Both the position numbers and the translations under genes were made by a program. Below, piece after piece: positions 9,065-17,341 of a stretch of DNA of 64,000 bases. Position 1 is the first letter of the stretch; the number at the start of each line of letters is the position of its first letter. Source of the DNA: an uncultured Verrucomicrobiae bacterium (GTDB lineage Bacteria; Verrucomicrobiota; Verrucomicrobiia; Chthoniobacterales; Chthoniobacteraceae); contig CAWHEP010000009.1 of the NCBI GenBank assembly GCA_963828525.1, positions 288,001 to 352,000 on the forward strand, read 5' to 3'. The notes below the pieces were generated by a model. That model was not told the DNA's origin. It was given only the letters and a program-made list of their open reading frames with translations, and ran no database searches.

Positions 9065-10218
9065 AAACGAAGTCCATCGACCTCTTTGTTTTCGCGGACG
9101 CGCTTGGATGGTCGCTTGCGCAAAGCCGGGGATTTATGGAGGACATGTTCCCGCACAGATCACGATGCGACACACTCTTTGGGTACTCCTGCACGTGCGA
9201 CCCGAGCATCCTTACAGGGTGCCTGCCGCAGGAGCATGGTCACTTTTCGTTCTTCACAAAAGCCGGATCTAAAGGGAGCCCTTTCAAGTGGGCAAAACAT
9301 CTTGGCTGGCTTCCAGAAGCCGTTGCCGGGCATCACCGGATCCGGAACCGGATCAGCCGATGGACGGCCGCAAGGAACGGCTATACCGGGTATTTTCAGC
9401 TCTATAGCGTTCCGTTTTCCAAGCTGCCCTGGCTGGACTACACCGAGAAACTGGACATCTATGAGCCAGGGGGGATCCTTGGCGGGCAACCTTCTATCTT
9501 TGAATACTGGAAGGAGTCAGGCCTGCCTTGGGCCCGCTCCGACTGGCGGTCTGACGATCTCACGAACGTTGAGCGCCTCAAGGAGACGTTGCGCGCTGGC
9601 CAAGTCAGGCTGGCATATCTTTTCACCTCCGGCCTGGACGCGACAATGCACGCGCGCACTACACAAGGGCCAGCGGTGGACGCCGCGTTCGAGAGGTTTG
9701 CGCAATGGCTTCGGGAAATCCGCGAGATTGCGGAGAGTTGCTACGACCACGCGCGTATCCATCTCTTCAGCGACCACGGGATGACAAACACGCGCAAGAC
9801 CAGCAGGATGATGCTCGATTTCGAGAGCCTCGGGCTGCGGTTTGGCCGAGACTACATTGCTGTGTGGGATTCAACGATGGCGCGATTCTGGTTTATGGGC
9901 AGTGGACGCAAGAAGGCCGAAGATTGGCTCCAGACGCGGTCGGAAGGCCACATCGTGTCGGAAGCGGAGCTTCGCAAATGGGGCTGTTACTTTGCGGACG
10001 GAAGATACGGAGAGGTGATTTTCCTGCTTAACAATGGCATTATTTTCGCGCCCTCCTTTATGAATCAGCGGAACGTACCAGCGATGCACGGCTTCGCGCC
10101 GGAAGAGCCCGACAGCGCGGCCTGCTGGCTTACCACAGACCCTTGCGAGAATCCGCCAACCCGGTTGGACGGCATCTTCAACGTCATGCGGAGCGCGGCT
10201 GTGGCAGCGGCGTCTTAG
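9061..10218 (+). CDS. Alkaline phosphatase superfamily protein (nucleotide pyrophosphatase/phosphodiesterase-like)
   Basis: Metal-ligand motifs FVFADALG, GYSCTCDPSILTG, LDATMH, FSDHGM and AMHGF. Confidence 0.8.
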   Translation: MKTKSIDLFVFADALGWSLAQSRGFMEDMFPHRSRCDTLFGYSCTCDPSILTGCLPQEHGHFSFFTKAGSKGSPFKWAKHLGWLPEAVAGHHRIRNRISRWTAARNGYTGYFQLYSVPFSKLPWLDYTEKLDIYEPGGILGGQPSIFEYWKESGLPWARSDWRSDDLTNVERLKETLRAGQVRLAYLFTSGLDATMHARTTQGPAVDAAFERFAQWLREIREIAESCYDHARIHLFSDHGMTNTRKTSRMMLDFESLGLRFGRDYIAVWDSTMARFWFMGSGRKKAEDWLQTRSEGHIVSEAELRKWGCYFADGRYGEVIFLLNNGIIFAPSFMNQRNVPAMHGFAPEEPDSAACWLTTDPCENPPTRLDGIFNVMRSAAVAAAS

Positions 10219-10249
10219 GAGATCAGATGATAGTTGCCATCCTAACTTT

Positions 10250-10906
10250 ATGATTCCGCCCTTGAACGAGAGTGTGGCAGGGATCCGAACGGACTATGTG
10301 CGAGGTTCATTGAATTCGGAGGAGCTTTTGGAAGACGCCATGCAGCAGTTCGAGGCATGGCTGGCAACGGCTCTCCAGTCCGCAGTCGTTGAGCCAACTG
10401 CCATGAGCCTTGCAACGGCAAGCGAATCCGGAGCACCTCTGCTTCGTACCGTTCTATTAAAAGGTTACGACGCCCGTGGCTTTGTATTTTTCACCAATCT
10501 TCAGAGCCGGAAAGCCATCCACCTTAGGGAAAACGAGAGAGTATCCCTCCTCTTCCCCTGGCTTGCTCTTGAGAGGCAGATAATCGTCACAGGCTCGGCG
10601 TCACTCACCGCGCGGACGGAAGTCGATGAATATTTCGCTACCCGGCCTCGCGAAAGCCAGCTTGCCGCCTGGGCTTCGCATCAAAGCCAGCCAATCGCAA
10701 CTCGCGACTTGCTTGCTTCGGAGTTGGAAAGGATTCGCGTCCGATTCGCCGAAGGCAAGATCCCCGCCCCGCCGTTCTGGGGCGGCTACAGGGTTGAGCC
10801 TACTACCATCGAATTTTGGCAAGGCGGCCCAAGCCGACTACATGATCGATTCGAGTATTCCCGTGTAGAGGACGGCTCCTGGCGGAAGCAAAGACTCTCG
10901 CCGTAG
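10250..10906 (+). CDS. pdxH: Pyridoxamine 5'-phosphate oxidase
   Basis: EPTAMSLAT, RTVLLKG, FFTNLQSRK, SQLAAWAS, WGGYR and EFWQG...RLHDR...RLSP. Confidence 0.95.
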   Translation: MIPPLNESVAGIRTDYVRGSLNSEELLEDAMQQFEAWLATALQSAVVEPTAMSLATASESGAPLLRTVLLKGYDARGFVFFTNLQSRKAIHLRENERVSLLFPWLALERQIIVTGSASLTARTEVDEYFATRPRESQLAAWASHQSQPIATRDLLASELERIRVRFAEGKIPAPPFWGGYRVEPTTIEFWQGGPSRLHDRFEYSRVEDGSWRKQRLSP

Positions 10907-10948
10907 CTCCGCCGCCATTCAGCTCTGCAAGCCCCTCCCAGAAGAGAT

Positions 10949-11362
10949 TTAGTAGGGAGTGAACTCGCGATTGTACTGATACCGGGTCTCCAGTCCCAGA
11001 TCGGGAGGAAACTCTTCATACCCACTATGAATCCAAGGAATGTCGCTCTTGTAGAATGGGCGATATGACCCTTTATAGGTTGGGAACGGCGCGGTCACCA
11101 TTTCATAGATGCCCGCGCCAAACCGAAACACGAATCTGTTTATGCCTTTGAAGATTCCATAGCTGGCCGCAGCAGTGCCACCGACTCGATCATCGATCTT
11201 GCAAACCGTGTCCGGGATTTCGGTTGCTCCAAAAGCCGCGTTTGCAAAGCCCCGGGCAAACTTGCGATTGAAACCGTAATCGTTCATAGGCGGATCCTGA
11301 ATATCCGCAAAAGCAATGCTGGTCGCTGCGAGAAGGAGGAGGGAGCATACGAGTCGTTTCAT
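10949..11362 (-). CDS. Secreted protein, putative exosortase-system-associated (TIGR04073-like)
   Basis: Signal peptide MKRLVCSLLLLAATSIAFA. RKFARGFAN...EIP...G..R...G.YEMVTAPFP pattern recognised by eye. Confidence 0.65.
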   Translation of the reverse strand: MKRLVCSLLLLAATSIAFADIQDPPMNDYGFNRKFARGFANAAFGATEIPDTVCKIDDRVGGTAAASYGIFKGINRFVFRFGAGIYEMVTAPFPTYKGSYRPFYKSDIPWIHSGYEEFPPDLGLETRYQYNREFTPY

Positions 11363-11540
11363 ACGTTTCAGTAGAGTAGATGGAGATCGACGCAGAAAGC
11401 AAACACGAAATTGGGCAATTCTGTCGCCCGGCGCGACGACGGCGAACCGGCAGCCAGCGAGACAACTCTTGCAGCCAGCGCTCAGGCTCCGTAAGCATTC
11501 CGCGCTCCGGAATTTTCCATCCGCGAGCGCCGAATCCCTG

Positions 11541-12041
11541 ATGCCCAGCCATTCCACCCCGACCCCGAGGCCGCCTGCCGTTTCAGGGTCCGCAGAGGAG
11601 CTGCCCGCCAGCATGCCGCGGATTCGAACGCTCGACGGCCTGAGAGGGGTAGCCATCCTGTTGGTCCTTCTCGGGCACACCAAAGCGGGATACGGCTCTT
11701 CAACACTTTCTTTGGGATTCGAGTTTCTATTTAATGCCCACCTCGGCGTGATGCTGTTTTTTGTGCTGAGCGGCTATCTCATCACAGGGTACTTTTAAGC
11801 GAATACGCGAAGACCGGTTCGATCGATCTCAAGAACTTCTACATTCGAAGATCTTTTCCGGATTTTTCCGGTCTTCTATGCCTACCTTGCGGCGATCGGC
11901 GGCGCGGCACTGCTCGGTTATGGAAGCATTTCGCCCGGCAAACTCGGCTTTGCCGCTCTTTATCTGTGGAACTACGCTTTAGTTTGGCTGCCGCCCGCAA
12001 GCGGGGACTGGGCTGTGAGGCATTTCTGGACCCTTGCCTAA
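11541..12041 (+). pseudogene. Truncated acyltransferase 3 (OafA/YrhL-like O-acyltransferase)
   Basis: LDGLRGVAILLV..H and GVMLFFVLSGYLIT. After indels near 11788 and 11855 it reads NFYIRR..RIFP...HFWTLA, then TAA at 12039-12041. The C-terminal half is absent. Confidence 0.75.
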
Positions 12042-12311
12042 GAACGAATCGAGGGCCTGGCAAGGCCGCCGGCGCGCCGGCTGCGTAACAGCTTCGCAGG
12101 TGACGGCGACCAGCCCAAGGCTCCCACTGATGCGGCTGTCCCGCGAATCAACACGTGTGTGTGCTCGGGCCGCCCGGCGGCCCGAAGACTCCGCTTCGAC
12201 CCCGAGGGCCGCGCCGCGCTTTATCCTCGCACTGCGGGCCGGAAGGTGCTCGATATGAAGCCTCACTCAGCTTTCGCTCAGTCCTGAACTCGTAAAATTC
12301 CCCATACCTCT

Positions 12312-13251
12312 ATGGCGCTCTCCCAAACTCGTCGTGAATTCACCAAGCTCGCCCTTGCGGCGCTGCCCGGAGCGGCCTTGCTCTCTGCGGCCGGCCGCCT
12401 CGGCGCGGCAGATCCTGCTCCGGCCAAGCCCAATTCGAAGGTGGCCGGCGTCCAGATCGGCCTCAACGTGCCCTACAGCTTCGCCAACCCGATCATGGGC
12501 GGCGATGACATCCTGAAGAACTGCCTCCAACTCGGCCTGAGCGGCATCGAGCTGCGGTCGCAGCCAGTCGAAGCCTTCCTCGGCATCCCCGAGGTCGACG
12601 CCACGAAGAGCAAGGCCGAGAACGCCCAGCAGCTTCGCGAGTGGAGGAAATCGGTCTCTATGGACCGCGTGAAGCCTTTCCGCGCGAAGTACGAAAACGC
12701 CGGCGTGCTCATCGAGATCGTCAAGGTGGACGGCATCATCATCATGCCCGACGACGAGATCGACTACGCCTTCGCGCTGGCCAAGGCGCTCGGCGCCGCG
12801 CGCCATCTCCACGGAGATCTCCCACAAGGAAGCGGACCTGGAGCGGCTCGGCTCCTTCGCGGACAAGCATCAGTTCATGGTCGGCTATCACGGCCACGCC
12901 ACGACCACGCCAGCGCATTGGGAAGCGGGCTTCGCCGTCGCGAAATTCAATGGAGCGAATGTCGATCTCGGCCATTTTGTCGCGGGCAACAACACCTCGC
13001 CCGTCCCCTTCCTCAAGCAGCACCACGAGCGTGTGACCCACGTGCATATCAAGGATCGGAAGTTCAACAACGGGCCGGACACGCCTTTTGGTCAGGGTGA
13101 CACGCCGATTGCGGAAGTGCTGCGCCTGATCCGCGACAACAAGTGGCCCATGCAGGCGACGATCGAGTTCGAGTACACAGTGCCGGCCGGGTCGGATCGC
13201 ATGACTGAGCTGGCAAAGTGCGTCAAGTTCTGCCGCGACGCGCTGGCGTAG
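12312..13251 (+). CDS. Tat-exported sugar phosphate isomerase/epimerase (xylose-isomerase-like TIM barrel), frameshift near 12797
   Basis: Tat motif TRREFTK. IEL, VGYHGH, NVDLGHF, HVHIKD, FGQGD and TIEFEY. The two ORFs join if one C is removed (LGARAISTE). Confidence 0.8.
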
Positions 13252-13289
13252 GGCTTCGGGCGTTCGGATTGACGGGGCGCTATGCGGCG

Positions 13290-13500
13290 GCGCTGCAGAT
13301 GCTCCAGATCATGCCCACGAGCGGAGTGACTCCCGAGACGGCGGGCGATTTCATCCGCGCGGGCTGCGTGGGACTGGGAGCCGGCTCGACGCTCATCTCC
13401 ACGGAAGCGCTGGAACAGCCGAGATTTCGCCGCCATCACCGCGCGCGCCCGGGAATTCGTCGCCGCAGTGCGCGAAGCCAAGGCGGGCTTGCCGCGCTGA
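13290..13500 (+). pseudogene. eda: C-terminal fragment of KDPG/KHG aldolase
   Basis: IMPTSGVTPETAGDFIRAGCVGLGAGSTL...DFAAITARAREFVAAV* with a frameshift near 13420. No N-terminal part is present upstream. Confidence 0.6.
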
Positions 13501-13609
13501 CTGGGACGCCAATTTCGGCGCGACAAACGCTCGCCGCTGTTATTTTATGCAGAAGCGTTCGTCAATGCGTTTGGTGGACGAGCCCGGCGGCATGTCGGCC
13601 TTTCGCCGG

Positions 13610-14731
13610 TTAACGCCCTCCGCCGGCTCGGAGGCCCTCCAGAGCGTGAGAATACCCCGTCAACTCCATATATCCATGCCCGGCGACAGGTCTACCCCCG
13701 CGCGCGCCCTGCACATCGATGACTCCCTCCCAGTATGCGATGGAATCGAAGGCGAGTTCCTGATTCTCCACCGGGGTCACAATCGACAGTGATATACCCA
13801 GGCGGGGTATGTCCAACTTCCACCCAATAGGATAAAGCCCCCCGGTAACGCGGCTCTTCCAGGATGCCGTTGGGCTAAGGTGGTAATCTTCACGGGACAG
13901 CGCGATGGGCTGGCCGTCCACGAGGACAAAAGTTCCACTTGAATTTGGATCCACGCCACCCCCTTTGGTTCGCATCTGGTAAAGCATCAACTCGGTCTGG
14001 TCGTTCAATTGGACGCTGAACCAGTTCCAGCCAACTTGCTCCGCGGTAAGCTCATTCGTTGACCACTCGTGATCAAACCAGCTTTCTCCTGTGACGGAGC
14101 GCGATCCGTCCGGGTATGCGAGGCGGCCTCTGGTCTTCATCCGCGTGCTCGAATAGTAGTGAGAGGCATGCCCCACCCCGTTTGCCTTCTGACTGACGCC
14201 GTTGGCGCCGTGAATGACAAACGGTTTTTGCGCCTCCAGTCGAAGGTCAATCGAAACTCCATTTCCTGCGGCCTTCAGCAAAAACGACCCATCGTTCTCC
14301 GCGGACAACGTCCAGTTGTCAATCCACGCCAACTTTCCAGAATCCCCAAATCCCGCCTCTCCGTAAGCCCCGCGGCTTGTTTTTTGCATGAACGTGAAAT
14401 TTTGGGAGGTCACACGAGTGACGGCGAAATGCGCAAACTTTACATCGTCCACAATGAACCTGGAGGCGTCAGCCGCTTTCGGGCCAGACGGTCGGATCGC
14501 TTCACGAAAAAACGTAATTTGATAGCCAAATGTCTCGCCTGAATCGGCGCGGAGTTCGCCTGTGAAATACCACCACTCGGTCTTGAACGCGCGATGAACA
14601 CCGTGATCGGCTGGAAAGTGGTAGTTCCAACCGGGCAGCGCGCTTTGCCATCCCGCGCCAGCAAGCGCGAGACAGGACAGAGCGGAGAACAAGACAGCCG
14701 CCCATCGCCGCTTGACGGCCCCATCTTTCAA
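13610..14731 (-). CDS. Secreted AttH/CrtC-like lipocalin-domain protein
   Basis: FPADHGVH...EWWYFTG, SWFDHEWS, GWNWFS, YWEG and GYMELTGY. A signal peptide follows the TTG start. Confidence 0.85.
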   Translation of the reverse strand: MKDGAVKRRWAAVLFSALSCLALAGAGWQSALPGWNYHFPADHGVHRAFKTEWWYFTGELRADSGETFGYQITFFREAIRPSGPKAADASRFIVDDVKFAHFAVTRVTSQNFTFMQKTSRGAYGEAGFGDSGKLAWIDNWTLSAENDGSFLLKAAGNGVSIDLRLEAQKPFVIHGANGVSQKANGVGHASHYYSSTRMKTRGRLAYPDGSRSVTGESWFDHEWSTNELTAEQVGWNWFSVQLNDQTELMLYQMRTKGGGVDPNSSGTFVLVDGQPIALSREDYHLSPTASWKSRVTGGLYPIGWKLDIPRLGISLSIVTPVENQELAFDSIAYWEGVIDVQGARGGRPVAGHGYMELTGYSHALEGLRAGGGR

Positions 14732-14738
14732 CGCGGCC

Positions 14739-17288
14739 TTACTCAGAACGAATCGCCGCCGCGATATCAAAGTCCCCCGCGCGGCGCGCAGGAATATAAG
14801 CCGCCGCAATCGCGGCCGGAATGATCCATAAAGGCGTGCATGACAGGAGAACCCAAGGGAATCGCAATTCTATTGTCCAGCCAAAGAAGGCCTTGTTCAC
14901 CACCCAGGTCAGGACCATGGAAAGCGCAATGCCGGCGATCACGCCGAGCAGGCTCGACACAACACCAACGAGTCCGGCTTCGAAGAGGAGCATCCCACGC
15001 ACCTGGCCGGTGGAGGCTCCCACGGCCCGCAATATCCCGAGCTCACTCTGCCGTTCGGTGATCAAAGTAATCAACGAAAGAAAGATGCCAAGGACGGCGA
15101 CAATGACCGTGATGATCCGGAGCACGTACGTGACGGCGAAGGTTTGATCAAAAACTTCAAATACCCGCTGTTTCAAAGCGCGATTCGAGAATATGGCGAA
15201 CTCGCCGCGGGATCCAAATCGCTTGCGGAACGACTCGGTGACACGGTCGCAGCTCATCGGATCTTTGAGGTAGATTCCAAGCGATTCCACCCGTGGGTCA
15301 TCCCAGTAGCGATCAAAGACCGCGCGATCCATCATGATCAATCCCTGATCGCGCGTGTAGTCGTAGTAAATGCCGGCAATCGCAAAGCGGCGCGCTCCCC
15401 TTTGCGTTGAAAGCGAGATCATATCCCCTTCCCTCTTACTCCACTTGCGAGCAAAGCTCTCGGTTACGATTACGTTGTCGCCGGCGAGGAAGCGCGTGAG
15501 CTTTTCCTGGTCTCCGCCACCAACAAAGCGCGGTTTGCGCCGCGCCACTCCCTGCACAACTCCCACTGTGACGGAATTGCCATCCATCGACACTTCGAAC
15601 TCCCTGAACGTATCGACGCTGGATACAGCAGGGTCGCTTCGGAGAAAAGTGACGGCATCATTGGGGATGAATGCAGCCAGTCCAATCACGGCGTTGGATG
15701 CCGGGGCGATGAACAAGTCCGCCACGAAGCCATGGTTTATCCAGACACTCACCGTGTCCCGGAAGGAAAAGATCATGATGGAAACGCCTGCCATGAGGGC
15801 AATAGCGGAGGCGAGAGCAGCAACAGTGGCGCTGTTTCGGTGAACCGAGCGTCTAAAATTGCCGGAGGCAATCTTGAACAACAGCCAACCAGCGGGCAGA
15901 TGCCGCCCCGTGTCCCCGCAAAACTCGATGAGGATCGGCGCGAAGCATGTGAAGCCAAAGAGAACGAGGAACGCCGCGACGAACCCAAGAAGTGGCGGGC
16001 CAGCGCGCAGGGCTCGCCAGGACACGACCACAGCCAAAATGAGACAGACAATTCCCGCCGCTACCCAATGGCGCGCCGTCCCGGACTTGTCCTCCCTCCG
16101 CGAGCCGAGTCTCATTGCCCGCACCGGGTCGGTCCTGGCGGCCTCACTCGCAGGCAGCCAGGAAGCGGCAATCACCGCCAGCATGCCCAGAGCAGCGCCC
16201 GATAGCAGGCGGGCGGGGCTTACAAAGAAGCGGTCGATGCTCAAGAGCACGTACAGCGAAGAAATGGTGGTAGCGACGGATGCGACAAGGCTGTTCGCGA
16301 GCAGGATGCCTCCCGCAACCCCAACAGCAATGCCGAGCAATCCAAAGAGGGACGCTTCGCCCAAGAAAAGCATGCGCACTTCCATGCGCGAGGCCCCCAT
16401 GGCGCGCAAAATTCCTATCTCCCCCCGCCGTCGTATAACCGACGCCGATACTGTGTTGTAGATGAGGAACATGCCGACCAGCATTGAAACGAGGCTAAGC
16501 GCCGTGAGGTTCAATTCGAACGCTGAGAGCATCTTCTGAATCTGGAAACTGCGCTGACCCGGCGGCCCGAGTGTTGTTCCTGACGGAAGCCCCACCCTCA
16601 GCGTCGCAGCCTCCTTTTCGACATTTTCAGGCTCGCGCAGGAGAATTTGAATGGATGAAAGCTTCCCAACAGTGCCAAATAATTCCTGCGCCCAGCCTAT
16701 ATCCATGGCGGCGAGGTGATCCAGAGCGCCCCCGCCGTCTTCCTTTGAGTCCAGCAGAAACAATATCGTGAGAGTTCTTACGCGGCTGTTTACGAGCACT
16801 TCCAGCTTATTGCCGACGGCGAGGTGATACTTCCGCGCGAAGGAGTTGGAAACAGCGACCCCGCCCGCTGTCGCCAGCCAGCGCTCCAGATCAAATCGAG
16901 AAGCCTGGTCTCCCAGCTCAAACGTCCGGAAAGGCTGGTTCGTAAAAACGTCCAGCCCCTCGATCCTCAAGTATTCGCCCTGGAACGCGGGAATTGTTGC
17001 CAGCCCCTCCACCAGCGGGGTCGCGCTCTTGATACCCGGCATTGCCGCGAGCTTTGGAAATATAGCTTCGGGAATGTCGCCTCTTAGTTCCAGATTCGCT
17101 TTGCCGGCGACCACGTCGACTCCCGCTTGCAATGCGCGGTTTGCGCTATGATTCGCGATTTGAATCGCAAGATAGAGCGCTACGCCCAAGCCCACGCTCA
17201 GGACGTTCAGCAACGCCAGAACCTTGTGACGCGCGATATCCCTCACCACCTGCCGGCCGAAAAGAATGTGGAGCTGTCGTCCTACCAT
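14739..17288 (-). CDS. Type VII ABC transporter permease (double FtsX/MacB-type, AttFG-like)
   Basis: 849 aa with two FtsX-type halves: RRGEIGILRAMGAS...EA and ERQSELGILRAVGAS...EA. Confidence 0.88.
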   Translation of the reverse strand: MVGRQLHILFGRQVVRDIARHKVLALLNVLSVGLGVALYLAIQIANHSANRALQAGVDVVAGKANLELRGDIPEAIFPKLAAMPGIKSATPLVEGLATIPAFQGEYLRIEGLDVFTNQPFRTFELGDQASRFDLERWLATAGGVAVSNSFARKYHLAVGNKLEVLVNSRVRTLTILFLLDSKEDGGGALDHLAAMDIGWAQELFGTVGKLSSIQILLREPENVEKEAATLRVGLPSGTTLGPPGQRSFQIQKMLSAFELNLTALSLVSMLVGMFLIYNTVSASVIRRRGEIGILRAMGASRMEVRMLFLGEASLFGLLGIAVGVAGGILLANSLVASVATTISSLYVLLSIDRFFVSPARLLSGAALGMLAVIAASWLPASEAARTDPVRAMRLGSRREDKSGTARHWVAAGIVCLILAVVVSWRALRAGPPLLGFVAAFLVLFGFTCFAPILIEFCGDTGRHLPAGWLLFKIASGNFRRSVHRNSATVAALASAIALMAGVSIMIFSFRDTVSVWINHGFVADLFIAPASNAVIGLAAFIPNDAVTFLRSDPAVSSVDTFREFEVSMDGNSVTVGVVQGVARRKPRFVGGGDQEKLTRFLAGDNVIVTESFARKWSKREGDMISLSTQRGARRFAIAGIYYDYTRDQGLIMMDRAVFDRYWDDPRVESLGIYLKDPMSCDRVTESFRKRFGSRGEFAIFSNRALKQRVFEVFDQTFAVTYVLRIITVIVAVLGIFLSLITLITERQSELGILRAVGASTGQVRGMLLFEAGLVGVVSSLLGVIAGIALSMVLTWVVNKAFFGWTIELRFPWVLLSCTPLWIIPAAIAAAYIPARRAGDFDIAAAIRSE

Positions 17289-17341
17289 GGGATCCTCATG
17301 GCATTACGGCGCGTTCAGCCTCTCCGACGCTTCGTTGCGCG

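Noticed and set aside
11979..12266. ORFs between the acyltransferase remnant and the TIM-barrel gene
   Set aside because: Arg/Ala-rich translations in the frames examined, with no recognisable domain.
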